From: Camelus ferus
Lineage: Eukaryota
DNA length: 64,000 nt
Direction of reading: 5' to 3'
Assembly: GCF_009834535.1 (NCBI RefSeq)
Contig: NC_045705.1
Coordinates: 32,178,001-32,242,000 of the forward strand
Positions 12,168 through 24,800 of this stretch are shown one piece after another (the stretch's first letter is position 1; each line of letters opens with the position of its first letter). The translations under genes were made by a program, and so were the position numbers. Under the pieces are notes generated by a model. That model was not told where the DNA came from and searched no databases. It was given only the letters and a program-made list of their open reading frames with translations.

Positions 12168-13407
12168 TTGCGTAAGTCATGTTTGTGTGAATGTGTGTCT
12201 CTGTTGATATGTAAGAATAAGAATGGAGGTGATGATCTTTTTTTCATTTAAGTATATCTGGCGTGTAGTTTAGAGACAGTTAAGTTTGCACATATGGTTA
12301 TTTATAAAGTGGTACCTAAATTATATTTGAAAAAAAAATTTGTATAAACTCATATAAATACTTCCCCAATGAGAAAAGAGTACAGACTCTCCTGTGAATC
12401 TACATCAAAAGAAAATAATTAAAACAATATTTCATGGCTATAAATAAGTTGGGATAGATTCTTCGAGTTCTGAGAAGAAAATATTATTTTTTGACCATTA
12501 AATTGATGAGTTTATTAAACTGAATAAGCAGACATCATATGATTAATTTACAAGTCTCTCATTTTTTTTAATGTAAAATATTTCTCCTATATTCTTAAAT
12601 TTGGATTATCAGGGACGTACCTGAGATGAGCAGTTCTTTCTATCCTTGCTACTGGTGGCTAAACAATAAGCAGATGGCATTTTATTTCACCAGGTAGCAT
12701 TTGGGATTTAAATCTCTGAGGCTTCTGCCCTCTGGCTCAATGGATGCTAACATATGATTAATTATATTTTCTGTTCTGTATTTTCCCCAATGAATATAGC
12801 GACAACTTTAGCAAAAACTGAGCTATATTTTTTCACTATGGTTAACACATGGATTTAACAGGAAGAAGATCACAAATTATTTTTTATTTTAAGTGCAGTT
12901 ACACTGAATCTACACCTTTGGTATCTAGTCAAAGCAGAAGCCCAGTGAAATACAAAAAGACCCCTCCTGCCACTGCACTAAGTAATTTACGTCTTTTTCT
13001 TACTCTTCGTTTTGTTTATTTTTGCAACTTTCATTTTCACCACGTCATTTAGTAATATTCCCTGAACTAAAAGGCTGTGAAGGAACATCAAAAGTAATGC
13101 ATGAAAGGCCAACAGATTCAAAAATCAGTATCTAAAATCAATTCTTAAACTGCATTAATAGTGAACACAGATGTAGTTTGCGAGAGTATCGCAATTCCAT
13201 TAACAATCTTTAGAGAGAAAAATGTGCTGATTTTATACCTGCACTGTATCTTCACTTTTAGAACAATTTTTGATTCACGTGTATTGAAACTGATGCTGAT
13301 TCGTCTTATAGTTTTCTCTCTGTTTAGCAAAGCAAAAAGAAGATATTTTTATAAATAAGAATTGATGATGCTTATAAGTTTCCTAGACCTAAACAAGCAA
13401 GTCTCCA

Positions 13408-13542
13408 NNNNNNNNNNNNNNNNNNNNNNNNNNNNNNNNNNNNNNNNNNNNNNNNNNNNNNNNNNNNNNNNNNNNNNNNNNNNNNNNNNNNNNNNNNNNN
13501 NNNNNNNNNNNNNNNNNNNNNNNNNNNNNNNNNNNNNNNNNN
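13408..13542. other. Assembly gap (135 N)
   Basis: N run. Confidence 1.
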
Positions 13543-14309
13543 ATGACAAATGCGGGAGAGGCTGTGGGGAAAAGGGAACCATCCTGCACTGCTGGTGGGA
13601 ATGCAGTTTGGTGCAGCCACTGCGGAAAACAGTATGGAGAGTCCTCAAAAAGACTAGGAATAGACTTACCATATGACCCAGTCATCCCGCTCCTGGGCAT
13701 ATATCCAGAAGGAACCCTACTTCAAAATGACACATGTGCCCCAATGTTCATAGCAGCACTATTTACGATGCCAAGACATGGAAACAGCCTAAATGTCCAT
13801 CGACAGATGACTGGATAAAGAACAAGTGGTATATTTATACAATGGAATACTATTCAGCCATAAAAACCGACTACGTAATGCCATTTGCAGCACCATGGAT
13901 GTTCCTGGAGAATGTCATTCTAAGTGAAGTAAGCCAGAAAGAGAAAGAAAATGCCATATGACATCACTCATATGTGGAATCTAAAAAAAAGAACATAAAT
14001 ACAAAACAGAAACATACTCATCGACATAGAATACAAACTTGTGGTTGCCAAGGGGGAGGGGTTTGGAAGGGACAGATTGGGAGTTCAAAATTTGTAGATA
14101 CTGACAAGCATATGTAGAATAGATAAATAAGATTATACTGTATAGCACAGGGAAATATACACAATATTTTGTGGTAGCTCACAGAGGAAAAAAATGTGAC
14201 AATGAATATATGTATGTTCATGTATAACTGAAAAATTGTGCTCTACACTGGAATTTGACACAACATTGTAAAATGACTATAACTCAATAAAAAATGTTTA
14301 AAAAAAAAC
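13543..14309 (+). mobile_element. Young L1: ORF2 C-terminus, 3' UTR and poly(A); frameshifted
   Basis: Translates to [14 protein letters not shown]...PMFIAALFT / KTWKQPKCPSTDDWIK...MEYYSAIK; ends aataaaaaatgtttaaaaaaaaaa. Confidence 0.92.
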
Positions 14310-14704
14310 AATTACTTTATGAACTCTCTATAGCTAATGGTGATACCACAAGAGCTGCTCAGATACCTTATATTCAAGTAGTAAACTAACAGCTTGAGGA
14401 AAGGCTGAAGAGAAAATTACTTCTGCTACAAGGATGTGTATACAGCTTGGCAATTTTATCATTTGGTATTGGGAGATAAATAATGTCAGTAAGCCTTGTC
14501 CTTTGCTTGCCAGGAACAATATGAATGCAAGTGCATATATTCATTTATCTTATGTACATTCGTTGGAATGTGTGTTCCAACATGCATGGACACATATGTT
14601 GGATTGAGGTGGAGAAACTGAGTTGAATGCATGTATTCATTGGTATGTGACTTGTGTACATAACTATTGCAGTATTATTTTAATTCTGCTTAATAATTGG
14701 CAGG

Positions 14705-14764
14705 TTTGATACAACATTGTAAAATGACTGTAATTCAATAAAAAAAGTTAAAAAAATTTTTTCT
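14705..14764 (+). mobile_element. 60-bp extreme 3' tip of L1 with 11-bp TSD
   Basis: tttgatacaacattgtaaaatgactgtaattcaataaaaaaag flanked by taattggcagg at 14694-14704 and 14765-14775. Confidence 0.8.
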
Positions 14765-16099
14765 TAATTGGCAGGGGGAATTTTTATAGCTATTCCTATA
14801 TTGTCCATACCACAAGGACACTCTTCAGGAAATAGACAAACAAATAAATAAATTCTGAATTAAAATCAAATGTCATTTATAATTATAATTTAACCTATGG
14901 TGATTGCTTTTAAACTTTGTAAAAATGCATTAAGTATAGTAACACTGTGAAACCCTTATTTTGACTTTATGCCTTTATTATAAAAAAATAATACATATCC
15001 ATTTTTAACTGGATAAAATGTATTTGCATAGAAAATAACCAAGACAGTGTTCTTTCTTTTTGATTCTAAATCAGAAGAGGATGTATCATTTTGGCTCAGT
15101 GGCACTTAGCGCTTACATCTCTAAAGTCTACCCAGATACACTCTGTGCTAAAAATGTGTAATTATTTAAGATTTTCTCCACAACACATGATACAATTTTG
15201 TTTACTAAAGGTGAAATTTATTATGCTCATGAAAAGAAGAAAATAACTAAGGAAAAATAAAATAAAAAATGAGAAAATCACACCCAAAATTACTAGTACC
15301 TGTGACTAAACTTGTGATGTTTTTCCTGGATGTGGTTCTATCTACCCAGGCAATGTTGTCTCCAGAATTACTTAGAATTTATATTGATGTCTGTGTCTGG
15401 TCCCTGGGTTTTTCAACATTTGGTACTCAGAAATAAGTGACAAGTTTAATCATATGGTTTATGATCAGATATTTCAAATAAGTAGGGTTATTGAGATAGA
15501 AATATAGATTTTTCCCCATTATTCTTTTGTTCCTGTCTTCCTCAATGCCCAGTCTTACACCTGGTTAAAAATAGTCTATGATTACCACCCAACCAACATT
15601 TATTATTTATGCTTTACTAATCCCAGTGTAGGTACACTGTTTTAATTCCATAACAGACAGTACATACACACATTTTCACAACACACATACACCCACTAAA
15701 CTTCTCATGACAATTAAAGATTCTACATAAAGATAGGGATATCCAACTCAAATCACACTGCCTATATATAGCAATATAGAAATGACAACATTTTCTTGGA
15801 TATACTATCAGATTTTTAAATAAAACGATACCGCAATAAACACATTTACATATAAAAATGTTCTTAACAGAGGCATTGCATTTCTTTCCATTGATGTGTA
15901 TTCATTTATTTTATTAATCTTCTAGTTTATATACAACTATTCATACCTCCTTTGCTTTTTTAAACATTACTTTAGTGGAAAGATGGTAAATTTATATACA
16001 AAAACTTATATACCTTTTAGAGAAGTTGATTGCTGATTATTAAAGCACAATGATATGTTTTTCCAAGGCACTTTCCATTGTTCTTTATAACCTAACCAA

Positions 16100-16456
16100 C
16101 TGGACACTTTTTCGTCTTTTTTTCCCCCATCTTTATTGAGATATAATTGGCAACACTGGGTTTCTTTAAGGTGCACAATGCATACTTTGGTATACGTATA
16201 ATTTATCAAAGATTACCACTATAAGGTTAATAAATAGATCTGTTATCTTACATAGTTACCATTTTTCTGTTGTGTTGAAAAGACTCAGATCTACTTCCTT
16301 AGCAAATTTCAAGTATACAGTATGGTGTTGTCAACTAGATTCACCGTGTTGTACATTAGATCCCCAGAAACTATTTATGTTACAACAGAAAGTTTGTATC
16401 ATTTGATCAACATCACCATCCACTTCTTCCCACTCCTCCATCACCTGGTAGCTACT
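16100..16456 (-). mobile_element. L1MA-like 3' end running into the gap
   Basis: ctttattgagatataattgg...cttagcaaatttcaagtatacagtatgg. Confidence 0.75.
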
Positions 16457-16598
16457 NNNNNNNNNNNNNNNNNNNNNNNNNNNNNNNNNNNNNNNNNNNN
16501 NNNNNNNNNNNNNNNNNNNNNNNNNNNNNNNNNNNNNNNNNNNNNNNNNNNNNNNNNNNNNNNNNNNNNNNNNNNNNNNNNNNNNNNNNNNNNNNNNN
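16457..16598. other. Assembly gap (142 N)
   Basis: N run. Confidence 1.
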
Positions 16599-17268
16599 GA
16601 GGATCAAAATGTGCCACCCCAAAATGTCTCTTTGACATGAGGATTATTTTAGGCTGAATATTTTTAAGAAACAGAAGACTCAAGTACGTATCTGTAAACT
16701 AAAAAAATGTGCAGTGTACTGTATATATGTTTTTACATGCAATATAATGTGTATGTGCAGTCGAACTGTAAAAAAAAAAAAGAATAAAAGAAGAAACAGA
16801 AGACCCAGAAAGTTCTTAGTTTTTACCCCCACCTTAACTGCCTAAAAAAATTTAGAGAAAGGACCTGTTTCAGGAAGCGGACTATTACCACAGATAACGA
16901 CAGTGTAATGTGAACTATGTGTTGTAGACAGGGAGGAACCTAAAAACAGCCCGTTACAATGTCTGTGTCTCATTGATTCGGTACAGCCAAGGACACGTTT
17001 GTTCACCAAACATTTGTTCTTTTTATCTTTTTGTGAACTGCTTTCCTTCCCTTTTAATTCCAGACCCACAGCCCTTTCTCTTTTGTTTACAATAACATAT
17101 ATACACCATTTTACCTGTCTTTGGAATCTCTCATGTTATGTGGATTCTCCTTATGGATATAATTAAATTTGGATTTCTTCCTCTGGTTAATCTGTTTAAT
17201 ATCAATTTAATTTTTAGACCAACCAGAAGAAACCTGAAGGGCAGAAGTAAAAGTTTTTCTTCCCCAAA
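16599..17268 (+). mobile_element. MER34-like ERV1 LTR containing a nested short L1 tail
   Basis: Starts ...aaaatgtgccaccccaaaatgtctctttgacatgaggattattttag and ends aagtttttcttcccc, as in the MER34 family as I recall it; the nested insert at 16680-16790 has a 14-bp TSD. Confidence 0.65.
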
Positions 17269-17914
17269 GCTTCTTTACTTCTATAGTTATGGGCTTCATC
17301 ACCTCAATACGTCTTTAATTGTCAGCTCTTCTCCCTTGTTTCCTCTCCAAATATGCATCTTTTTTTTATATTTGAAACTCAAAATCCCCACCCAATAAAG
17401 CCTTTCTTTCACACTAGGTTTGGACGTTGTCTTTGGATTCAATGCCCCTCGTTTTTACTTCATGATGATGTTGGGATTAGTATGAATTATTTGGTGCCTG
17501 TTTAATTAACATCAGTTCCTTCAAAAAGGTAGTAAGATTCATTAGTAAGGAAACTACTTGATGTACCAGGGAATAAAATGCACTTAAATGCTCAAATTTC
17601 ACTTAGTAAATACACAGTCAATTTAAGTATAACAAATTAATGTTTGAATGGAAAAAATGAACAAAACATTGGACAAAATTATAAAAGTCAAAAAAGTTTT
17701 CTACAAAGAGGGAGTGCCATTTATAAATTCTAGACACATAATAAAGTATGACATATTTGGGGAACTGCAACATTTCTTAAGATCAGGCTTTAGAATAAAT
17801 ATTCACTTTATCAGTTAGAATATTTTAGACAAGATCGTTTCTCTTGTATTATACAAAGCAATTTTACAAATACAAAAACTACATTGTGTGTGTGTATTTG
17901 TGAGTGTAATATAT

Positions 17915-18847
17915 TCAAAACCATCTTTTAAGTTTCAGTTTTTTCAGGGCCTCTATCACATCTTTGTTCCGTAGGCTGTAAATCAGAGGGTTTAACATGG
18001 GAATCACAAGGGTGTAAAACAGTGAGATAATTTTGTCTTGATCCAGAGAGTAGGAAGAGCTCGGCCGGAAATACGTGAAGAGCAGAGTCCCCTGGAAAAT
18101 GGCCACAGCAGTTAGGTGGGAGGTGCAGGTGGAGAAAGCTTTGCGCCTCCCCTCAGCTGAGTGGATCTTCACCACTGATAGGATAATATGACAGTAAGAG
18201 GCAAGGACTCCTGAAATGGTGCTCAGTTCAATGAAGCCAAAAACGGTGAATATCACTAACTCATTGACCTGTGCATCTGAACAGGAAAGGAGGAAGAGAG
18301 GAGGTAAATCACAGAAGAAATGGTTAATCTCATTTGAGCCACAGAAACATAAGCGGAAGGCTAATGTCGTGTGCATCAAAGCATCCGCCATCCCCACCAG
18401 GTACACCCCCGCCACGAGCAGGGAGCACACTCTGCTGGACATGCTGACTGTGTAGAGCAGGGGGTTGCTGATGGCCTTGTACCGGTCATAGGCCATCACT
18501 GCCAGCAGGAGGCACTCACAATCTGCAAAGATGCAGAAGACCAAGAACTGCAGGGCACAGCCAAGGAAGGGGATTGATCTGTTCTTGGCAAATAGGTCCA
18601 CCAGCATCTTGGGGCCAATTGCTGTGGAATAGCCGAGGTCACAGAAAGAGAGGTGGCTGAGGAAAAAGTACATGGGTGTGTGCAGCTGGGAATCCAGTCT
18701 AATTAGGATGATCATTCCAAGATTGGCCAGGAGACTAATGAGATAAACAAGTAGAAACATGGTGAATAGGGTCACTTTGTTTTTAGTGTTGTCAGTGACT
18801 CCCAAGAAAATGAATTCAGTCAAGGAGGAGCAATTCCCTCTATCCAT
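17915..18847 (-). CDS. OR5W2: Olfactory receptor, OR5W2-like, copy 3 (310 aa, intact)
   Basis: Intact ORF with all canonical OR motifs; LVFCIFAD in TM3 matches human OR5W2 as I recall it. Confidence 0.93.
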   Translation of the reverse strand: MDRGNCSSLTEFIFLGVTDNTKNKVTLFTMFLLVYLISLLANLGMIILIRLDSQLHTPMYFFLSHLSFCDLGYSTAIGPKMLVDLFAKNRSIPFLGCALQFLVFCIFADCECLLLAVMAYDRYKAISNPLLYTVSMSSRVCSLLVAGVYLVGMADALMHTTLAFRLCFCGSNEINHFFCDLPPLFLLSCSDAQVNELVIFTVFGFIELSTISGVLASYCHIILSVVKIHSAEGRRKAFSTCTSHLTAVAIFQGTLLFTYFRPSSSYSLDQDKIISLFYTLVIPMLNPLIYSLRNKDVIEALKKLKLKRWF

Positions 18848-19686
18848 TCTTCAAGGTTCTTGTCCAAGCATTTGAGAAAATTCTAAGAAAATGATACATG
18901 TATGTGTAACATTTCCAGACATCTGCACAATATCGTGAAGCAGAACATGAGTTCTTTGTGTAATTGTCTTTTCGTACACAGGAAATTACCCAGCCCTGCA
19001 CCCGTGCGTTAAAGAGGCATTGCTGTCTAGTCAATGCTAATTAAAACTGTCCCGGGTAGACAGTAGGGAAACTGAGATCTAAATCTGCATGTCATTCATG
19101 AGGTGTGTTACTTTCTACAAGCCCTTCTCGGAGTCTTAATTTCCTTATTTCATGGAGTAGGTTTGGATAAATTTGTTTCTCTTCTTCTCTTCAAAACAAT
19201 AGGGAAGAGACACCAGCATGAGACCTATCAGGCTGTAAGACGCTGCTCTGAGCATTTTCTGTGCTTGAAAATATTCAGATGCATACAGAAAGTGATCACA
19301 ATAGTCTTGTCTCTCAAAAACGTAATTGGTTTGAGTGCCGGTATTAGATGCAGAGACAATGCGCGTATCATTGACTAATCATAATGAAAGTAATGATCTT
19401 TCCTGGTTTTGGTTTATGTTGTGTTCAGCATTTGGTGAAACATTAAATAAGAATTACCAACCTTTTCTCTAGACATTTATTACTGTTTTGCCACAATACC
19501 CATTATCTATTTGCACGAACTGTCTGATGCCAAAAGATGAATCTCTTGACTTGTTGAAGGAAAACGCTAAATAGAAGAGAAAACAACCTTGTTTAGCACG
19601 TAATTTTACATGTCTTTGGATTTTAAAAGCACTTTTATGCTATTAAATGAAAATGGGATGATGGATAGTAAATGCTTCTGAAATAA

Positions 19687-19815
19687 GGGAAGGGTCTAGC
19701 TCAGTGGTACAGCATGTGTTTAGCGTGCAGGAGATCCTGGGTTCAATCTCTGGTACCTCCATTAAAATAAATAAATAAGCCTAATTACCCCCAATAATAA
19801 AATTTAAAAAACAAA
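19687..19815 (+). mobile_element. tRNA-derived SINE (camelid Vic-type)
   Basis: A box tagctcagtgg, B box ggttcaatc, A-rich tail with cctaattaccc; absent from the paralogous positions in copies 1 and 2. Confidence 0.8.
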
Positions 19816-20764
19816 AGAAGTAGATAGGCTTCTCACGCTTGTGGTTTTGTGTATTTATGTGTGTGCTATATGCTTACACGTGTGTATGTCTCTGCGGATG
19901 TACAAGAATTGGAATATTAGGTGACAGATATATTTTTGTACTTAAACAAACTGGGCCTATGGTTCCCATGATGGTCTGATTTTCACACATTGTTACTTGT
20001 AATGTGGAACCTCAACAACTTTTGAATTAAATCAACAACAGCAAGACCCCTTAAACTTGCACTGATACTTACCCAGGGAGAACAGGAGCAAAGTCTTCAC
20101 AGTAAACTAGATGAGAATAATTATTTCAATGTAATTTTGCAGATACTAATAAATCGAAGTCTTTCAGCTCTGAGTAGACGGTGTCCTTTGTGACTCTCCA
20201 ACTGCAGTGTTTGTTAACTGGAGTAAGCAGGCATCAATGATTCATTTATAAATCTCTCACTTTTTTTTTTTTCTAAAAAGGTAAGCTTTTTTTGCCCCTC
20301 CTATAGTATTTAAATCTGGAGACTCAGGAACCTACCTGAGATGAGGAGGTCTGGGTCGCTGAACAGCGGGCGGGTGGCATTTTATTTTACCGGCTACTTT
20401 TGGGACTTCAGTCCCTGAAGGTACTGCCTTTATGGTTTGTTGTTATACAAACATGTCATTAATTATATTTCGGGTTCTGTATATTCCCCCAGGATTACAG
20501 AGACAACTTTAGGAAAAGCTGTGCTTTTCCTAAATGGTTACTCTGGTAACCATTATGATCACAGGGAAGGGAAACTGCAAATGATTTTTATAATACGCTT
20601 CACAGTTATCTCCTTCTCTGGTCAAAGCAGAAATCGAATGAAATTCCAGTAGAACCTTGCTCCATCATTTCCAGCACTTTAATAGTATTTATTTTGTTCC
20701 TTCTGTTTTTGAAACATTCTCCTTCATCACCATATTTATCAGTATTATTACCCTTCAGTATTAT

Positions 20765-21230
20765 TATTTTTTAATATAATAGATATGCTATAAAATTCAT
20801 CCTTTGAACATGTATACTTTTTTTTTTTTTTAGTATGTTTTCAAGGTTTTACAGCCATCAGGGCTATCCAATTCCAGAACATTTTCATCACTCCAGTTAG
20901 GGACCCATACTGGTTAGCAATCACTCCTGTTTCTCCCCTCTCTCAGCCCCTGATCACCACTAATTTACATTCTTACTTTATGTGTTTCCCTATCCCAGAC
21001 GTCTCATACATGCAAAATCATAAAGCATGTGTGGTTTCGTGTGTGTCATCTTTCTTTGACTCAGCATAATATTTTCAAGTTTCATCCATATTGTTCCATG
21101 TGTCAAAATTTTTTCATTTTAGGGCTGAAAACATATTTTATTTATGAACTTTTTTTGATCTATTCATCAATTGGATGAACATTTGGGTTGTTTCCACTTT
21201 TGGGATGTGACAAATAATGATGCTGTAACT
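20765..21230 (-). mobile_element. L1MB-like 3' end (paralogous to 4490-4985)
   Basis: Collinear with the copy 1 element and its flanks. Confidence 0.75.
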
Positions 21231-22239
21231 ATTCTTTTTTCAATGCCATTTTCACCACCAAACATTGTCTTATTCCCGTCCTCCAGCCACATCCCATCCA
21301 GGGACATGTCACTGACTTTATGATTCTATCACATTCTCTACACTTCATGCGCTTTTTCTTGACTTATGTTTATTTTATTCATAAAAGAATATCTCTACAA
21401 CATTTAAGGCTTTAGGAGTATCAATGTCTATTTTTGGTATTCCCCAAGGTCCCTAGCACAAAAGATTTACAAAGATAATTCTTGCTAAATATTTATTGTT
21501 AAGCATTTAAAGCTACTAGAAATGGAGGGTGATGGGAAAAGGATGGAAATACACTGGAATGAGGGATTTTTTTTTTCCCTAATAGGATAGCTCATATGTG
21601 CAAGGATGATTCATTTATGATTTTTGGCATGGATATTACTTTTTCTAAAAAAATCAGAGTTCTGCTGTTTTTTTTTCCTAAAAATAATTTTAACTTGCTG
21701 TTATCTATATTAGTTCTTTGCAAAACTGAGAAATACTGGAAGTTTTACTTCCATACCCTCTCCAAATCCTTCCCAAGAGGTGGCAATACATTTTCCATAC
21801 TTCTCGAACCTTGGTATTATCTTAGTATCTGGTCTCATTTGCGTACTTCCGAAGGTCCTGGACCTAGTGACCTGGATGCTAAGTGTGTCTTCACTCTCCT
21901 TACTGTATGCACACCGTTCAAATTCTGCTTCCTTCAGTGGGTTTGCTAAGTACGTGCACAGCAAAAAACAACAGATCACACACACACAGTCATTAATTTA
22001 CCTAAACTATTAATTAAGAAGCTATACATTAAAAAACCTGGGATATATAAAATAGAGTTCTGCAACAGGCTGATGATAGTTTGGGCTGATAAAGATGGCA
22101 GTACTTTTTTTTTTTTTTTAACACATTTTCCTTAGATAGTGACTACTTATACCTTCTTTGAACTTTTACTGGCCTTTAGTGGCTATAACCACAGAAGTTT
22201 GTATGAAAATTGTATATTGAGTCTAGCTTTTATGAAGAC

Positions 22240-22530
22240 AGTTTCTGAAAGCCATGAGCTGCCACGTAAGAATTTCAACTAATCTTCTGGGTAGACCATG
22301 TGAACGGCCACGAGACTAAATGGACAGAGAAAGGGGACCAGTTGAACCAACTCTTCTAGTTGTTTTTATGCTTGTGCTATTGTAGAGACTGTCCAGCACA
22401 CCACAGCCTCTCCTGCATACCACATGACCTCCTCAGTCAACGTGAGAAAGGTAGACTATAGCCCAGTGTTTATTATTTTAAACCAAGACATTTTGGGATA
22501 GTGTTTGTATCACAAAAGATAACTGAAGCA
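22240..22530 (+). mobile_element. MLT1 (MaLR) LTR fragment
   Basis: gagctgccacgtaagaa...ttttaaaccaagacattttgggatagtgtttgtatcac...gataactgaagca. Confidence 0.65.
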
Positions 22531-22659
22531 GTATGAATAAAAGATAATCAGAGAGAAATGTTTTCCCTAATCATTTATTACCATTATATGATTTTATAAA
22601 ATCATTATTACTACTATGTACTATTGTGTAGTATAGATAGATGCTAGCTAGCTAGCTAA

Positions 22660-22810
22660 ACTGAAGAAACTATTTGCAAACCATATACCTGACAAAGAAT
22701 TTGCAGCCAGAATATACAAAGCATTCTCATAAATAATAAAAACACAATGGAACTAAAAATGGGGAAATGACTTGAACAGGTACCTCACCATAAAAGATAT
22801 ACAAATGGAA
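22660..22810 (+). mobile_element. Old L1 ORF2 fragment
   Basis: tatttgcaaaccatatacctgacaaag...gacttgaacaggtacctcacc. Confidence 0.7.
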
Positions 22811-23289
22811 ATTAAATAATTTAATACATAATATACAGCAAAAGCATCAGCTATGGAAATATGTTTTGTGATGACATATGTCCTCTAAGTTCAGTCTTCA
22901 AATGCACGTTCTCCGTGTGGTGCCTCCCAGTGTCATGTGAGTTGATTTGTCCCTGAAGACACAGGTTACATATTAGGTAGCTGATCATATTTCTGAGATG
23001 TCAGAGAAGGATGTGCTGCACTTTCAATAATTTTAATATATTAAAAATAAAAGATAGGGAAGAACACAAATATTTTGCCTTGCAATTAACCTATATTTTT
23101 CAAGCTGCTACTTAGGAAATGCTTCCAAATTACTTTGGAGTAGATTGGGTATACGAGATTTCCAATATATTCTCAAACTGCACTTAAGAAAATGTATTTG
23201 ATTTTGTATTATAGCTTTCCTAACGTCCCTGCCTCCCACCATCTTACTGTGCTATATGCACTTTAATATATGCACATATATATTTAACA

Positions 23290-23485
23290 TCTATCAAGTG
23301 CTTGAAATGGTTAAGGTACTATTCTAGCATTTAAACATGCAGAAATCCATGATGAAGACACTATATTCTCCCCATTTTACAGATCAGTTAATTGAGGCAG
23401 AGAAAAATTAAGTAACTTGTTCAAAGTACAACTCACTAGTTAGGTACAAGGCTAGCATATGAACCAAAGGAATCTGGCTTCCTCC
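23290..23485 (-). mobile_element. MIR
   Basis: Core cccattttacagat...gaggcagaga...aagtaacttg. Confidence 0.75.
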
Positions 23486-23857
23486 CTAATCCAGTAATAT
23501 ACCCTTGTAAATGACATAGTTTACACATGAACACACACACACACTCACACGCACACACACACACACATACACACACACACTTCTGAGGTATGTACTATAT
23601 CCCTTAAGACAAAACAATACAACCAATTTTAACATTAACTCCAAGCTCCTAATAGTTGGACCGTGGTCCAACTATTATTTTGAAACAATCTTGAAACTTT
23701 TAAATGTTTTCTTGGGGCTATGGAACACATTCGGCAGTGTGAAAAACAAGTGTTTGATAAAATGCCTTGTGTGAAAAGTTATGTACGTGCTGCCAAGGTT
23801 TTGCAGGTTCCTAGAGTTTGTAATTGGAGATTTGGGTGAATCTTGGAACACTTTCTG

Positions 23858-24800
23858 TCACGAAGAATCTATCTTTGATCTGATGACTTTTTTAGCAGCG
23901 TCTTTTACATCTTTATTTCTCAAACTATAAATCAAGGGATTCAGCACTGGGATGATGATAGTGTAGAACACTGAGATAATTATCAGTGTTGGGGGAATAC
24001 AGGTAGCTGGGTCGTGAGTAAATGAAGAGGAGAGTCCCCTGGTAAATGGTCACTGAAGTCAGGTGAGAGGCACAGGTGGAGAAGGTTTTCTTCCTCCCAC
24101 TGGAAGAACGGATCTTTAAGACGGAGAGAAGAATGAAAAAGTAGGAGATGACAATGATGATGAAACAGATAATTTCCACTGAGCTGCCATATGTGGAGAG
24201 AAGCAACTCATTAACTGATGTGTCTGTGCAGGATAACTTCAGCAGGGGAGGGAGGTCACAGAAAAAATGATTAATGACATTTTTATCACAGTATTTCAGA
24301 ATAAACGCAAAGGATGTGTGAACCAGGGAACTCACGCTGCCTCCGAAGTATGACAAGACAATCAGCCGTATACAGATGCCCCGAGACATCACAACCATGT
24401 ACAGTAAAGGGTTACAGATGGCGACGTAACGATCATACGCCATGGCAGCCAAGATAAAGGATTCTGTATCCGCAAAAGCACAGAAAAAATAAAACTGCAG
24501 TGCGCAGCCATGATAGGAAATTGATTTGTTCTCGGAGAGGAAATTGACCAGCATTTTGGGAACAATGACTGAGGAATAACAAAGGTCTGCAAAGGAGAGG
24601 TTACTAAGGAAAAAATACATGGGGGTTTGAAGGTGCGGATCGATCCTGATTAACGTCATCAATCCAATGTTCCCCATTAAAATCATGCAGTACAAAGTCA
24701 GAAACAGGAGAAACAGCGCGATCTGTAGTTCAGGGAGAGCTGGAAAGCCTAAGAGAATAAACTCAGTCACCAAGGTATAGTTTCCATCTATAAGTTCCAT
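23858..24800 (-). pseudogene. OR5I1: OR5I1 ortholog with a 2-bp frameshift before TM7 (pseudogene or assembly error)
   Basis: ORF matches OR5I1 ([13 protein letters not shown]...[12 protein letters not shown]) and then shifts frame at 23980-23981. The shifted frame reads [40 protein letters not shown] to a TGA ending at 23858. Adding 2 nt restores 314 aa. Confidence 0.9.

Noticed and set aside
13349-13700. ORFs spanning the N gaps (also 16322-16683)
   Set aside because: Artefacts of X translation plus L1 sequence.
14562-14581. Hairpin gttggaa-tgtgtg-ttccaac
   Set aside because: A 7-bp stem is expected by chance in 64 kb.
19687-19760. tRNA gene
   Set aside because: A and B boxes are present, but there is no cloverleaf, it has an A-rich tail, and a second TSD-flanked copy lies at 29257: a SINE.
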